Source: Octopus vulgaris
Lineage: Eukaryota
NCBI GenBank assembly: GCA_951406725.2
Contig: OX597814.1
Coordinates: 94,612,001 to 94,676,000 of the forward strand
Direction: 5' to 3'
DNA length: 64,000 nt
The notes under the pieces were generated by a model that saw only the letters and a program-made list of their open reading frames with translations, ran no database searches and was not told where the DNA came from. Shown piece after piece: positions 53,033 to 64,000 of the stretch. The translations under genes were made by a program, and so were the position numbers. The number at the start of each line of letters is the position of its first letter. Position 1 is the first letter of the stretch.

Positions 53033-53262
53033 CAGGATTTGGACAAAATAATGGAAACACCTAGCATCATAGCCTCATAATTTTGAAATATCTATAAAAC
53101 CGTTAAAAAGCTTGATAATTTTTATGTTTTTTGAATTTATTATTAGTACTAATATGTTTTAATATGTTTTGCTAAAATTGCTGTTTTTTTTTTCAGATAT
53201 CATCAGAAAAAGGTAATTAAAATTCATTAAAATGACAGATCTATCGGACTATCAAAAAGGTT
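53033..53262 (+). mobile_element. Tc1-like transposon left end
   Basis: TA|CAGGATTTGGACAAAATAATGGAAACACC TIR-like start; ATG at 53232 gives MTDLSDYQKG, resembling a Tc1 transposase N-terminus, then truncation. Confidence 0.7.
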
Positions 53263-53307
53263 TTCCTTCATGGTAGAATTAGTAGTCAAGACTATTTAAG
53301 CATTTTA

Positions 53308-53392
53308 TCTGATCAAATTCATATATGTTACGGGTCAAATCTTATCAAATTCATATATGTTATGGGATCAAATCTGATCAAATTGTATATGC
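53308..53392. repeat. About 32-bp minisatellite, roughly 2.6 copies
   Basis: ATCTGATCAAATTCATATATGTTAYGGG unit repeated. Confidence 0.8.
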
Positions 53393-53563
53393 TTTCTATA
53401 TCCCTCGCGGATATAAAAATACCATTATTGTTATTTACAGGACTGTAAACTCGGCGCTGTATAAAAAATCCATACACACCGAAAGCATATAGAAAGTTTG
53501 TTTACATAAAAAAAAAATACGAACTATTATAGTTCTTAACTTTGACAGAAATGGGCGGGGACT

Positions 53564-53636
53564 GATCCGCTGGTATAAAAGTAATACACTTAGTCGCGTT
53601 AACAAAGAGATGTGGGTTCGACTCTCACGCAGATAG
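53564..53636 (+). pseudogene. Atypical tRNA-like cloverleaf
   Basis: Acceptor ATCCGC/GCAGAT, D stem GTAT/ATAC, T arm GTGGG-TTCGACT-CTCAC, oversized anticodon arm; oligo-T at about 53647-53653. Confidence 0.55.
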
Positions 53637-53821
53637 GAAAGCCTTCTTTTTTTCTGTCGAGGGCCTATATGCCCCTTTATTAGACTATATTCCTTAGTCA
53701 TTGCACGGTGATCGCCATAAGCTTTAAGCTTATATAAAATTACCATTATTTACAGGATCATAAACTCGGCGCCGTATAAAAAAAAACATTCGCACCGAAG
53801 TATATATATATATATACATAC

Positions 53822-53882
<61 letters not shown>

Positions 53883-53979
53883 TATATATATACACATATA
53901 TAGGCGTGGCTGTGTATTAATATATACTTACGTATGTATGTATGTATGTATGCATATATGTATGTATGTATAACACTAA

Positions 53980-54139
53980 CGTGACTGTGTGGTTGAAAAA
54001 GTTGCCCCCCAATCATCTGATCTATGGTTTAGCCATATTGTGTGACATCTTGGGCATGTGTCTTTTGCTAATAGTGGTGGCTGCCCAAAGTTTTTTTTTA
54101 GTGTATTTAATTGATGGAACTTACAGAATGTGTGCGTGC

Positions 54140-54197
<58 letters not shown>

Positions 54198-54866
54198 GTG
54201 TGTGTGTGTGTTTGTGTACGTGTGTATGCGTGTGCATATGTGTCATTGTTTTTATGTCTGAACACATCACTTGACAACCGGTGTCGGTTTGTTTACGTTA
54301 CCGCAACTTATCGATTCAAGGAAAAGGACAACAGCGTAAGTACCAGACTTTGAAAAAGTAGTACTGGGGTTGACTATAACTTTTCAAGATGCTGCCTCAG
54401 CATGACTGAAACGAGTAAAAGATAAAAAATGTGTGTATGTGTGTGTGTGTGTGTGTGTTTCTGTGTGTTTGTGTTTATATATGTATGTGCGGTAAGTAGC
54501 TTGTTTACCAACCTCATGGTTCCGGGTTCAGTCCCACGTGGCACCTTGGGCAAGTGTCTTCTACTATAGCCTCGGGCCGACCAAAGCCTTGTGAGTGGAT
54601 TTGGTAGACGGAAACTGAAAGAAGCCCGTCGTATATATGTATATATATATGCATGTGTGTGTGTTTGTGTGTCTGTGTTTGTCCCCCTAGCATTGCCTGA
54701 CAACCGATGCTGGTGTGTTTATGTCCCCGTCACTTAGCGGTTCGGCAAAACAGACCGATAGAATAAGTACTGGGCTTACAAAGAATAAGTGCCGGGATCG
54801 AGTTGCTCGATTAAAGGCGGTGCTCCAACATGGCCGCAGTCAAATGACTGAAACAAGTAAAAGAAA
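53980..54866 (+). mobile_element. Two tandem SINE family B copies (diverged 53980-54425, well conserved 54491-54866)
   Basis: Both colinear with 1999-2420. Confidence 0.85.
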
Positions 54867-55573
54867 AAAGTGTATATCTGTGTAATTTGTTAGCGCCTGC
54901 GTGCATACAGAGAAAAAGAGAGATTCTATTTAAATAAATTCATTTGGTTGCATAAAACAGTGAACAAACGAATCTATCAACATTATATTACTTTATACTG
55001 AAAGTTCAATCAAGACTCTTTGTGGTGTAACACATTCACATGACATTCTAAATTATAAATAGCATTGTAGGAGAGTTCAGAAAAATTTAATTTTTTTTCT
55101 TCAATAACCTGCTTGTTTATTTTTAAAGCATCTCTTTTTAGTGGATTTTTGCATAACCAAAGCATTATATAACACTTTATTATTGAATCCCTGTAACAAG
55201 TGAAATTGATTGAGGTGTTTGATGCCACAATAGATTGTCATTTTGTAGCGTTTTTTCAATGATTTATATTAGGACAAAATGAATTTTTGCGTCGTCTTTG
55301 AGTGAAGAGCATCCATTTCAGATTCGTTTGTGAAGTGGGAGTTTTAATTTCTTTAAAACGCTTAATCAAACACGTTATAGCAGGTGAACTGAAACGAAAA
55401 TTATGAATGTCATTGTTCTATACTAATTATATTTAGTGAAGTATGTATATGTGTACGGGTCCATATATGCAGATATATATATGTGTGTGTGCGTGTGTAT
55501 GTATGTATGTATATGAATAATTATATATATATGTACATATACATATACACACACAAATCTATGTATATATATA

Positions 55574-55963
55574 TCTTATATAAAATCCGTTGTGTCTGTC
55601 TGTGTGTGTGTGTCTTGTAGGATCTCGGGCATCTTCCATCCGATTGCGCTCAAATATGATACCGACGATATCAGGGCGTGTATAAGTCTTTAAAAAATTA
55701 CAAAAATCGATTCCAGATGATAATCCGAACGATAAAGCCGTGCGAACGTGCATTTGTACGCGCAAGTAGATCAGCTCTCGCGATCGAGAAAAATGCACGT
55801 GCAGTTTGCGCAAAAAAACCGGCCTGTTTGGTGTCTTAAATTTAGATTAAATCAGTGTTTCTCAAAGGAGAGGCCTATGGGACGGTCGGACAAGTTTTGA
55901 GAAAATTTGGTTTAAATATTTTACAACTCAGCACCGTCTATTGGACGGGGGGTGTTTTGCTCG

Positions 55964-55994
<31 letters not shown>

Positions 55995-56027
55995 GATTTT
56001 CGCCCGACATGCTAAGGATTGTGCTAG
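55574..56027 (+). mobile_element. Non-autonomous Helitron
   Basis: A|TCTTATATAAAA 5' end, (GTCT)/(GT) tract just inside, GTGCTAG|T 3' end, no TSD; subterminal hairpin degenerate. Confidence 0.65.
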
Positions 56028-56036
56028 TTCACTGCC

Positions 56037-56105
<69 letters not shown>

Positions 56106-56107
<2 letters not shown>

Positions 56108-56115
56108 TATTATTA

Positions 56116-56189
<74 letters not shown>

Positions 56190-56247
56190 TAGTTTTATTT
56201 GTATAGCGTGCTTTCACTTCACTACCGAGCACAGCTCTGTGTGTCTT
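56106..56247 (-). mobile_element. Extreme 3' end of the same Dong/R4 LINE as 34252-35821, with (TAA)n tail
   Basis: 56187-56247 matches 34252-34312 with only about 3 mismatches. Confidence 0.9.
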
Positions 56248-56459
56248 ACCTGTGCATATACCTGTGAGTATGTATTCAGTACTTTAGGAGTTATTTCCCA
56301 TAACTTTACACCTTATATTTTGACTTTGTTCTGTCCGTTTATTTCTTCAATGTAAATGTATGTGGTTGTCCCGAATAATTTATAATCGTTTATACTTATT
56401 CTTTGAACCCTTTATGATTTTAACCCCCACGGAGCTGCAACAAGACAAGCAGCTGAGTT

Positions 56460-57485
56460 GTTTTTGTACAATCACTACTCAGTAACTACTGCGGTGTTAG
56501 GTCAGTAACTCTTGAATTCTATCATTACAATAATCATTGATTACTACAATCTTACAGCTATTTCATATTAGAATCACCATTGAAATCTCATTTACAAGCA
56601 CCTTATTGCGGCCTCATTACAACTAACACTGATTTGTGTCATTCTGACTACAAATGAGTTGGTGTCATTACTACTGCTATGCTGTATCATTTGCAACATT
56701 TGCTAGTGCTGAGATGCTTTCATTACCACCACATCTGATTGTGCCATAATTAGCGACTTCTGAAGTATTCAAAGCAACCATCATTAAGCTGTGTCATTTG
56801 AACCTCAACTGAGCTGTTTATTTGTAATCACTACCAAACTGATTTATTGCAACGTTCATTGGGGTTGTCATTGTAATCACAGCATAGTCATATCATTACG
56901 AACCCTATAGATGTATATCACTATAAAGCCACACTGAATTTATAAAGGCTGTCATTAAAAGTATCACTGGTCCTTTTTTTTTTTAAATCATCACAGGGTT
57001 ATGGTTGCTACTGATGACTTACTCACTTACATTGCACCCTATGTGGCACAAGTTATCGATCGACGACTTTTCTCCTCTTCCTTGCAACCTCCTTTCGGAT
57101 TTTGCTACACGGCGTCATATAGTTCTCTGAGGGAGTATATTACTTTCCAAGGTTTTGAATTGTCGTCGATGCTTCTGTAAATTTAATTTTTTTCTAGTAA
57201 AGAGTGTTGGCCCTACGCATACCCAGTCTTACCTCTAGAAGAAGATAGTCCATATTACATCATATTAATGACTTCACTGTTACATAACAAGCAACACAGG
57301 GATTTGTCATTGTAGCTATCACATAGAAATATAAGTGCATCTAACACTGAACTGGATAATGATATTAGAACTATTAAGCTTTGTCATTACAATAATTGCT
57401 TAGCTGTGTCATTGTTACTTCAACCATAACTTTAGCTACGTTATTACTACCAGCAGCACTGGACTGCGTCACAATTAACATTGAA
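56460..57485. repeat. Highly degenerate minisatellite (TGTCATTAC...CACTGA motif), interrupted at about 57000-57250
   Basis: TCATT(A/G)C motif recurs at roughly 20-25 bp spacing. Confidence 0.5.
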
Positions 57486-57850
57486 CAGCCTTTCCCCCAA
57501 CTGATGCCTTCGGTACGGTGTTTCGACTTTCTAGGATTGGCAACTAATTTTCCCTCAAATCACATATTAAAGTAGGAAACGACACATTGAACAAAACAAA
57601 GAGTTATGGGTAGTGTGGTGCGGTGGGGCAATTTGTAGTTTTCTAGAAGTGTAGACTACGAGAGCATGAATGGACACCGATGTGAAATAGAAAACATTGT
57701 CATTGGTTAGACAAATCAACAGATTGTATATGTATGTATGTATATATATAAGAGCACTTATAAATTCGTGCATACATATGGGTAGTCATCCATCTGTACA
57801 TATATGAATACAAACAATCCTGATTGACGTACTACAATACGACAATAATA

Positions 57851-57921
<71 letters not shown>

Positions 57922-58153
57922 CGACCAACGTGATAAATATACAGCTTGTCTTAGCCGTGGTATATATATATATCCCATGGGGTCTGTTCAGATTGAGATT
58001 CTTTCAGCATAAATGGATTATGGAGAATTAATTGCATCAACATAAATATATTGGCTTATAAATTGTCTCCCAGGAAAATAAATACATACATAATATATGT
58101 GTATTCATGTGTGTAGATAAGATGTAAGTGTGTAAGAATGCATACATACATAC

Positions 58154-58207
<54 letters not shown>

Positions 58208-59003
58208 ATGCGCACATATGCACACACAGATACACACAAATATATGTATGTATATTTGTGTATGCATATATATAGGGGTTTGTGTTCAGGAGTGTGTGAA
58301 TTTTCTATATCATCATATGTATCTATTTATATATATATATAATATCATATTTTAAGAATAGCTATGTGGTTACGAAATTCGCATCCCAAGCATAAGCTTT
58401 CAGGTTCAGTTACACTGTGGGTTGTGTGTATTAGTTTCTTCTGTTATATCGCCAGGCAGAGAAATATCTTGTGAGTAAATCTGATAGACAAAAAACGTGT
58501 GAAAGCTGTCATAGCCTTTGTCACTCATTACGTAACAACCGGTGTTGTTTTGATTCAAATACAAAAGAAAACAAGAAACAAACGTCCTTCGCTAATCATA
58601 GGCTCATCAGACCGGTTTCCCAGATTCTGTGGCGTATATATTCGCCATCCCCTCACTAGACTGAAGCAACGTGAAATGCAATATTTTGCTCAAGAACGCA
58701 ACGCGTCGCTCGGACGAGGAATCGAAACCACAACCTTACGATTATGAGAGCAACAACCTAACCACTACATCACCTACCTTGTTAAGGCCGGTTACTGATG
58801 AGAATTCGCCTAGCAAATTATCTTATTTGCTAAAGGAATTTGAAACCTAGGTATAACAGCAAAAATTAACAAGGTAAAAGTTTTCATTTTTCATTTCCTT
58901 CGAAAATTGCTATTAAATCTGGTCGTGGTCGTTTTGGCTGCTTCTTCTAGCGTGTAAAAATTACTTGTTAAAGGGTAGTTTTCTCTTATGTTTCAATGTA
59001 CAC

Positions 59004-59062
<59 letters not shown>

Positions 59063-59066
<4 letters not shown>

Positions 59067-59256
59067 CCCTGGAGAGAGACATCATGCTCGGAATGGTCAG
59101 TGGCAAGAGAGGAAGAGGCTGACCAAGAACCCGCTGGCTTGACACCATCAAGAGTGATACCGGAATAGACATAATCAATCTGAAAGAAGCGGCCCAGGAT
59201 AGAACTGACAGGAGGACACTGATCCATGGAGTAACCGAGAGTCGATTTCGACTGGG

Positions 59257-59260
<4 letters not shown>
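59063..59260 (+). mobile_element. RTE/BovB-like LINE 3' fragment inserted in (TA)n
   Basis: Translates KSLERDIMLGMVSGKRGRG*PRTRWLDTIKSDTGIDIINLKEAAQDRTDRRTLIHGVTESRFRLGG, the typical BovB/RTE ORF C-terminus. Confidence 0.88.
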
Positions 59261-59350
<90 letters not shown>

Positions 59351-59966
59351 CGTGTGCGCGGTGAGGGCTTTAAGTACATTTTCCATTACTCAAATGTATG
59401 GGCAATAGTATAATGATATATTTTATTCACACACACTCTCAGATCGATAAATAGACAAACAAAAATGTACAGAGATTACTACGGTACATATATGGGATGG
59501 ACATACAAATAAAGAAAGACCAACATATGAATATGAGAGATAGTTTAACTTCCTAATTGAATCAGACGAAAAGATTGTTTTCTTTCATTCATAGTTGCGT
59601 TTCACTTTCAATGGTTACGCCGAAATATTGCGAAATTATAGGTTAACTTCATACACATTAAACGCTCCTTTAACTTTATGCTTATATATATGACTTCACC
59701 CATATATATTCATGCACAAATATACATACTCGCCGAACTTACATATATAAGTATAGATAAATGAAAAAAAAGCTACATTCAGGAATGGATAAATGTACTG
59801 ATATGTATCTATACATGCTAATATATATATATACGAATATCTCAATACATGATACAGATATAGCTACATGTATAGCTAACAGATAAATAGATAAATATAT
59901 AGATTTATACCTGTGGGTGGGGATGACGTTCGTGTGTACAAGTAAATAGATTACGATATATATACA

Positions 59967-60046
<80 letters not shown>

Positions 60047-60785
60047 AGAGAGAGAGAGAGAGAGACTAATGATAGGTTTATTAATTGATTGGTCGACTTA
60101 CTGATTTATTGATTCTCTGATATATATATATGCATATACATTTATGCACAGATACATACAACCCAATCTATATATTATATGTGTAGTGAATTTTATCCTT
60201 TTTTGTAGGTAGTTAATCAGAAGAGGAGGGTAGCAACAATGACCTTTGCAAGCTCTTCTAGGTTTCTGATATTGAATCATAAACATTCGCTTTTAAAACC
60301 TCCTCGGTTGACCTTCGCAAGAGACATGATCGTGGTGCGGGAATTGCAGGAGTTTGCGGTTCTGAGACTGTTTATAATATCTAGTACGGAAGTTGCGGGT
60401 AAGACACAATAGATCGAATAAGACGAAAGGAGTGCGAACACCGCATGAACCTGGAGGAGAAGCTAAAAACTTGTGGTTTCAGATGAACGGAGGACTGTGG
60501 GGTGGGTACAGAAGCACAAGGAAGAAACAACGTGTATTATTGTGCTCTTCACAGTATTGGCTTATCAGTCAGAAATTCTGGATTGCGTATGACCAAAATT
60601 ATTTGTGCGTATAGATGCATCACATCCCAGATATGTCAGATGTGCTCTCGTGTGAGCCCGAGAACACACTTGAATGTTGTAGGGGACCACCAAGTGATTT
60701 CAATTTTTTTCCATGAGGAAGGTTAATTTTTCACATGCGTATATTTTCATGTAAGCATTCGTGTATATATATATATATTTTGTGT

Positions 60786-60845
<60 letters not shown>

Positions 60846-61220
60846 GTGTGTGTGTTTGTGTGTGTGTGTGTATATATATTTATATATATTTATAAATATC
60901 TGTATATGCACTAAATTTTAGAACACTGAGGCTGATATAATAAGTCTGCTACCAGTATAATTTAACGTGAAACCATTGGTATCATATCGACAGCACAGTA
61001 TTATTGAAGGAAAATATTTATTCAACAATGCGATCGTTATTACTCATTCTTTTAGTTCAATAGTATTGCACTACATAGATACATGCAAACACAATACATG
61101 CACATACGCATTTATATGTGTATGCATATACATGTACATACACACACACACACACATATATTTATATATATATATATATATATATGTGCACATACGCATT
61201 TATATGTGTATGCATATACA

Positions 61221-61270
<50 letters not shown>

Positions 61271-61304
61271 CATACATACATACGTACATACATACATACA
61301 TACA

Positions 61305-61340
<36 letters not shown>

Positions 61341-61880
61341 CGAAGTGATAGATAGATAAATAAATATATAGATAAACACGCATGCATATAGGTAATTATA
61401 TATACATATATAAGTATATATATGTTTTTATATGCGTGTGTGTCTATAAATATATATATATATATGTGTATGTATATAAATATATATATACATATATACA
61501 TGTAGATAGTATGTATGTATCTATCTATTTATCTATATATATATATGAATGTATGTATGCATATAAGAATGTAGGAATGTATGTCTGTGAGCACATGTAC
61601 ATGAGTACACATATGCATTACGTTGGTATGATTCCAAGTAAAATATGTTTTCGTTCTCTCTTTAATATCGCTGCTGGTTATAACAATAACAATGAGCAGT
61701 GACATTAACGAGAGAAGAAAACATATTTGTTTTGCTTCTGTATGATAGCACAGGTTTATTATTTTATTTTGGTTCCTCCATACGGTACTTTATGGGGGTT
61801 AAGTATAATATTTATTATAGGAATATACTTTTTGTTAAGAATTATAGATTAACGGTTTACGGATTTACATTACGTAACAA

Positions 61881-61949
<69 letters not shown>

Positions 61950-61958
<9 letters not shown>

Positions 61959-62143
61959 GGAGCTTCTACAGGACTAGAACTGTTTCATTCAAGAGAAATC
62001 TTCAAGAGCTTCCTGAAGATTTCTCTTGAATGAAACAGTTCTAGTCCTGTAGAAGCTCCTTCTATATAATAAATTAATTTTACTCTGCTATGTATTGAGT
62101 ACCTTATTTACTGTGGTTAACCCCGAATCAACCCGGGACCTAC
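61950..62143 (+). mobile_element. Fold-back insertion in (TA)n with hammerhead core (Penelope-like pseudo-LTR)
   Basis: Perfect 55-bp arms 61950-62004 / 62014-62068; CTGAAGA-T-TTC TCTT GAA-T-GAAACAGTTC at 62013-62041; AATAAA and about 75-bp extension. Confidence 0.75.
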
Positions 62144-62417
62144 ATATATATATATATATATATGCATATGGAATGGTATACATACAAGTAAAATTAGATT
62201 TCAACTTATGTAGTTGAAGCTGTAAGTATTTAGCAATGCACTCGTAGTTGAATGCTCGTGTATCACCCTATAGCCTCATCGGAGCTTCAAACATGAAGTG
62301 CACTTTATATTAGACGTTCTGGGGAAGCTATTGCACTTAGCTATGATTGCAGATACAGATATAAGCTAATAAAGCTCATAACATAATTGTTTATTTTCAT
62401 AGTCATTCCAATTTTTT

Positions 62418-62449
<32 letters not shown>

Positions 62450-62995
62450 GAAACTTTCGCTCACAAACATACACTATACATATACATATTATTTCGTCAC
62501 AGACGCTCACAGATACATTCACCACCTGGACAAGCACACATCAACTGGTACACACACGTTGGTTTCACAAATATACACACGTCCATACGCACGCGCAATC
62601 AAACACTCGCTCACACATACGTACTCATACACTCGCCCCTATTCACACATGTACACTCACATACACCATTCTCACATGCACTTGTGCACTTTAGTTCGTT
62701 GGGATCACCTTTATCGTTATTATTATTATTATCTCCCTTTAATTCAGTCTCTTTTTTCCAGCCAACTTGTCATGTTGGACATGTACACTGCACATATTTT
62801 CTCTCACGGTTTATTTTCCCTTATCTCTCTGTTCTTGTTTCATTCTCTATCAGCTTTTTTCCTATTAATCCTTTCTGTCGAAGAGCGTGGACTCGAAACG
62901 TGAAAGACTTTTTCCATTCTTCCCGAGCGTTAAACTAATACACCACCTTGTTGTTCCTACACCTGCCTTCGTCTTTTGTTTTCTGTACATCTGAA

Positions 62996-62996
<1 letters not shown>
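62450..62996 (+). mobile_element. CA-rich element ending in a hammerhead-like vestige, possible Penelope derivative
   Basis: CTTTC-TG-TCGAAGAG-CGTGGA-CTCGAAACGT-GAAAG at 62871-62906; (TA)n at both ends. Confidence 0.4.
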
Positions 62997-63084
<88 letters not shown>

Positions 63085-63087
63085 AAA

Positions 63088-63404
63088 GACTCCGCCGGTT
63101 ACGACGACGAGGGTCCCAGCTGATACGATCAACGGAACAGCTTGCTCGTGAAATTAACGTGCAAATGGCTGAGCATTCCACAGACACGTGTACCCTTAAC
63201 GTAGTTCTCGGGGATAATCAGCGTGACACAGAGAGTGACAAGGCTGACCCTTTGAAATACAAGTACAACTCATTTTTGCCCGCTGAGTGGACTGGAGCAA
63301 CGTGAAATAAAGTGTCTTGCTCAAGGACACAACGCGTCGCCGGGAATCGAACTCACAACCTTACGATCATGAGCCGAATGCCCTAACCACTAAGCCACGC
63401 GCCC

Positions 63405-63408
<4 letters not shown>
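63088..63408 (-). mobile_element. SINE family D, full length, alternative body and tail
   Basis: tRNA head TGGCTTAGTGG...GAGTTCGATTCCC, CORE-like CCTTGAGCAAGACACTT; (TA)n on both flanks. Confidence 0.9.
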
Positions 63409-63457
<49 letters not shown>

Positions 63458-63734
63458 GGAGGCGCAATGGCCCAGTGGTTAGGGCAGCGGACTCGCGGTT
63501 TCGATTCCCAGACCGGGCGTTGTGTGTGTTTATTGAGCGAAAACACCTTAAAGCTCCACGAGGCTCCGGCAGGGGGTGGTGATCCCTGCTGTACTCTTTC
63601 ACCACTCTTTCTCTCACTCTTTCTTAGCCAGCGCGGTGGCGTCATTCGAAGGCTAAAACAATGCAAACACATTGTGATCAGCGATGAGTAGCAACATCTG
63701 ATGGTCTGGTCGGTCACGTGATCACGCGACATGA
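63458..63734 (+). mobile_element. SINE family C with small internal deletions
   Basis: Colinear with 38648-38944. Confidence 0.9.
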
Positions 63735-64000
63735 TATATATATACATACATATATTATGAGATTATGAGATTCTGAGGTAATTCTTGAACACGTGGAAAA
63801 GCATTTGATCAGCTACAAGCATAAAAATAATCTTAACATATAAAACAAACACAAATCTTGTAACTACAGTTACCTAGAGTTTCCTGGTCGAAATAATAAT
63901 TTATTAAGCTGAAAAGAAGATCACTTGTGAGTTGATTTTTGAGAAGTAAACGTTTAAAGAAGAGGCACTTGTAATGAAGAAGATAAGAAGAAAAACACAA

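Noticed and set aside
53308-53803. CRISPR-like repeat-spacer array
   Set aside because: Only two to three repeat units, no unique equal-length spacers, no cas genes, eukaryotic context
57485-57670. hAT-like MITE starting CAGCCTTTCCCCAAC
   Set aside because: No matching second TIR or 8-bp TSD found
63340-63520. tRNA genes at SINE heads (also 23023, 38648, 6560-6638)
   Set aside because: A and B boxes are present but the acceptor stems do not close, and each continues into a multi-copy SINE body

Overview
AT-rich, extremely microsatellite-dense eukaryotic DNA. The repeat landscape (several tRNA-derived SINE families embedded in (TA)n/(GATA)n/(CA)n runs, R4/Dong and RTE LINEs) looks like Octopus intronic or intergenic sequence; that assignment is an inference. 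I recognise no intact host protein-coding gene, and nearly all ORFs in the track are microsatellite artefacts. Supported mobile elements: a decayed AcademX-like DNA transposon with an XPG/FEN1-type nuclease region (11.3-13.7 kb); two tandem 5'-truncated R4/Dong-type LINEs sitting in (TAA)n and nested inside a SINE (34.0-37.7 kb); an internally deleted maT/DD37D-like mariner with TIRs (50179-51058); a rearranged mariner fragment (27.4-27.9 kb); a Tc1 left end; a non-autonomous Helitron (55574-56027); an RTE/BovB-like 3' end; and many copies of four SINE families. The most interesting signal is a set of short fold-back insertions in (TA)n. One carries a near-complete type I hammerhead ribozyme (51091-51142, minus strand) and another a hammerhead core (62013-62041), consistent with Penelope-like pseudo-LTR remnants. 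Also notable are an atypical tRNA cloverleaf inside a 321-bp direct-repeat unit (53.4-53.8 kb) and three phase-compatible candidate exons of an unknown minus-strand transcript (40.7-44.9 kb).
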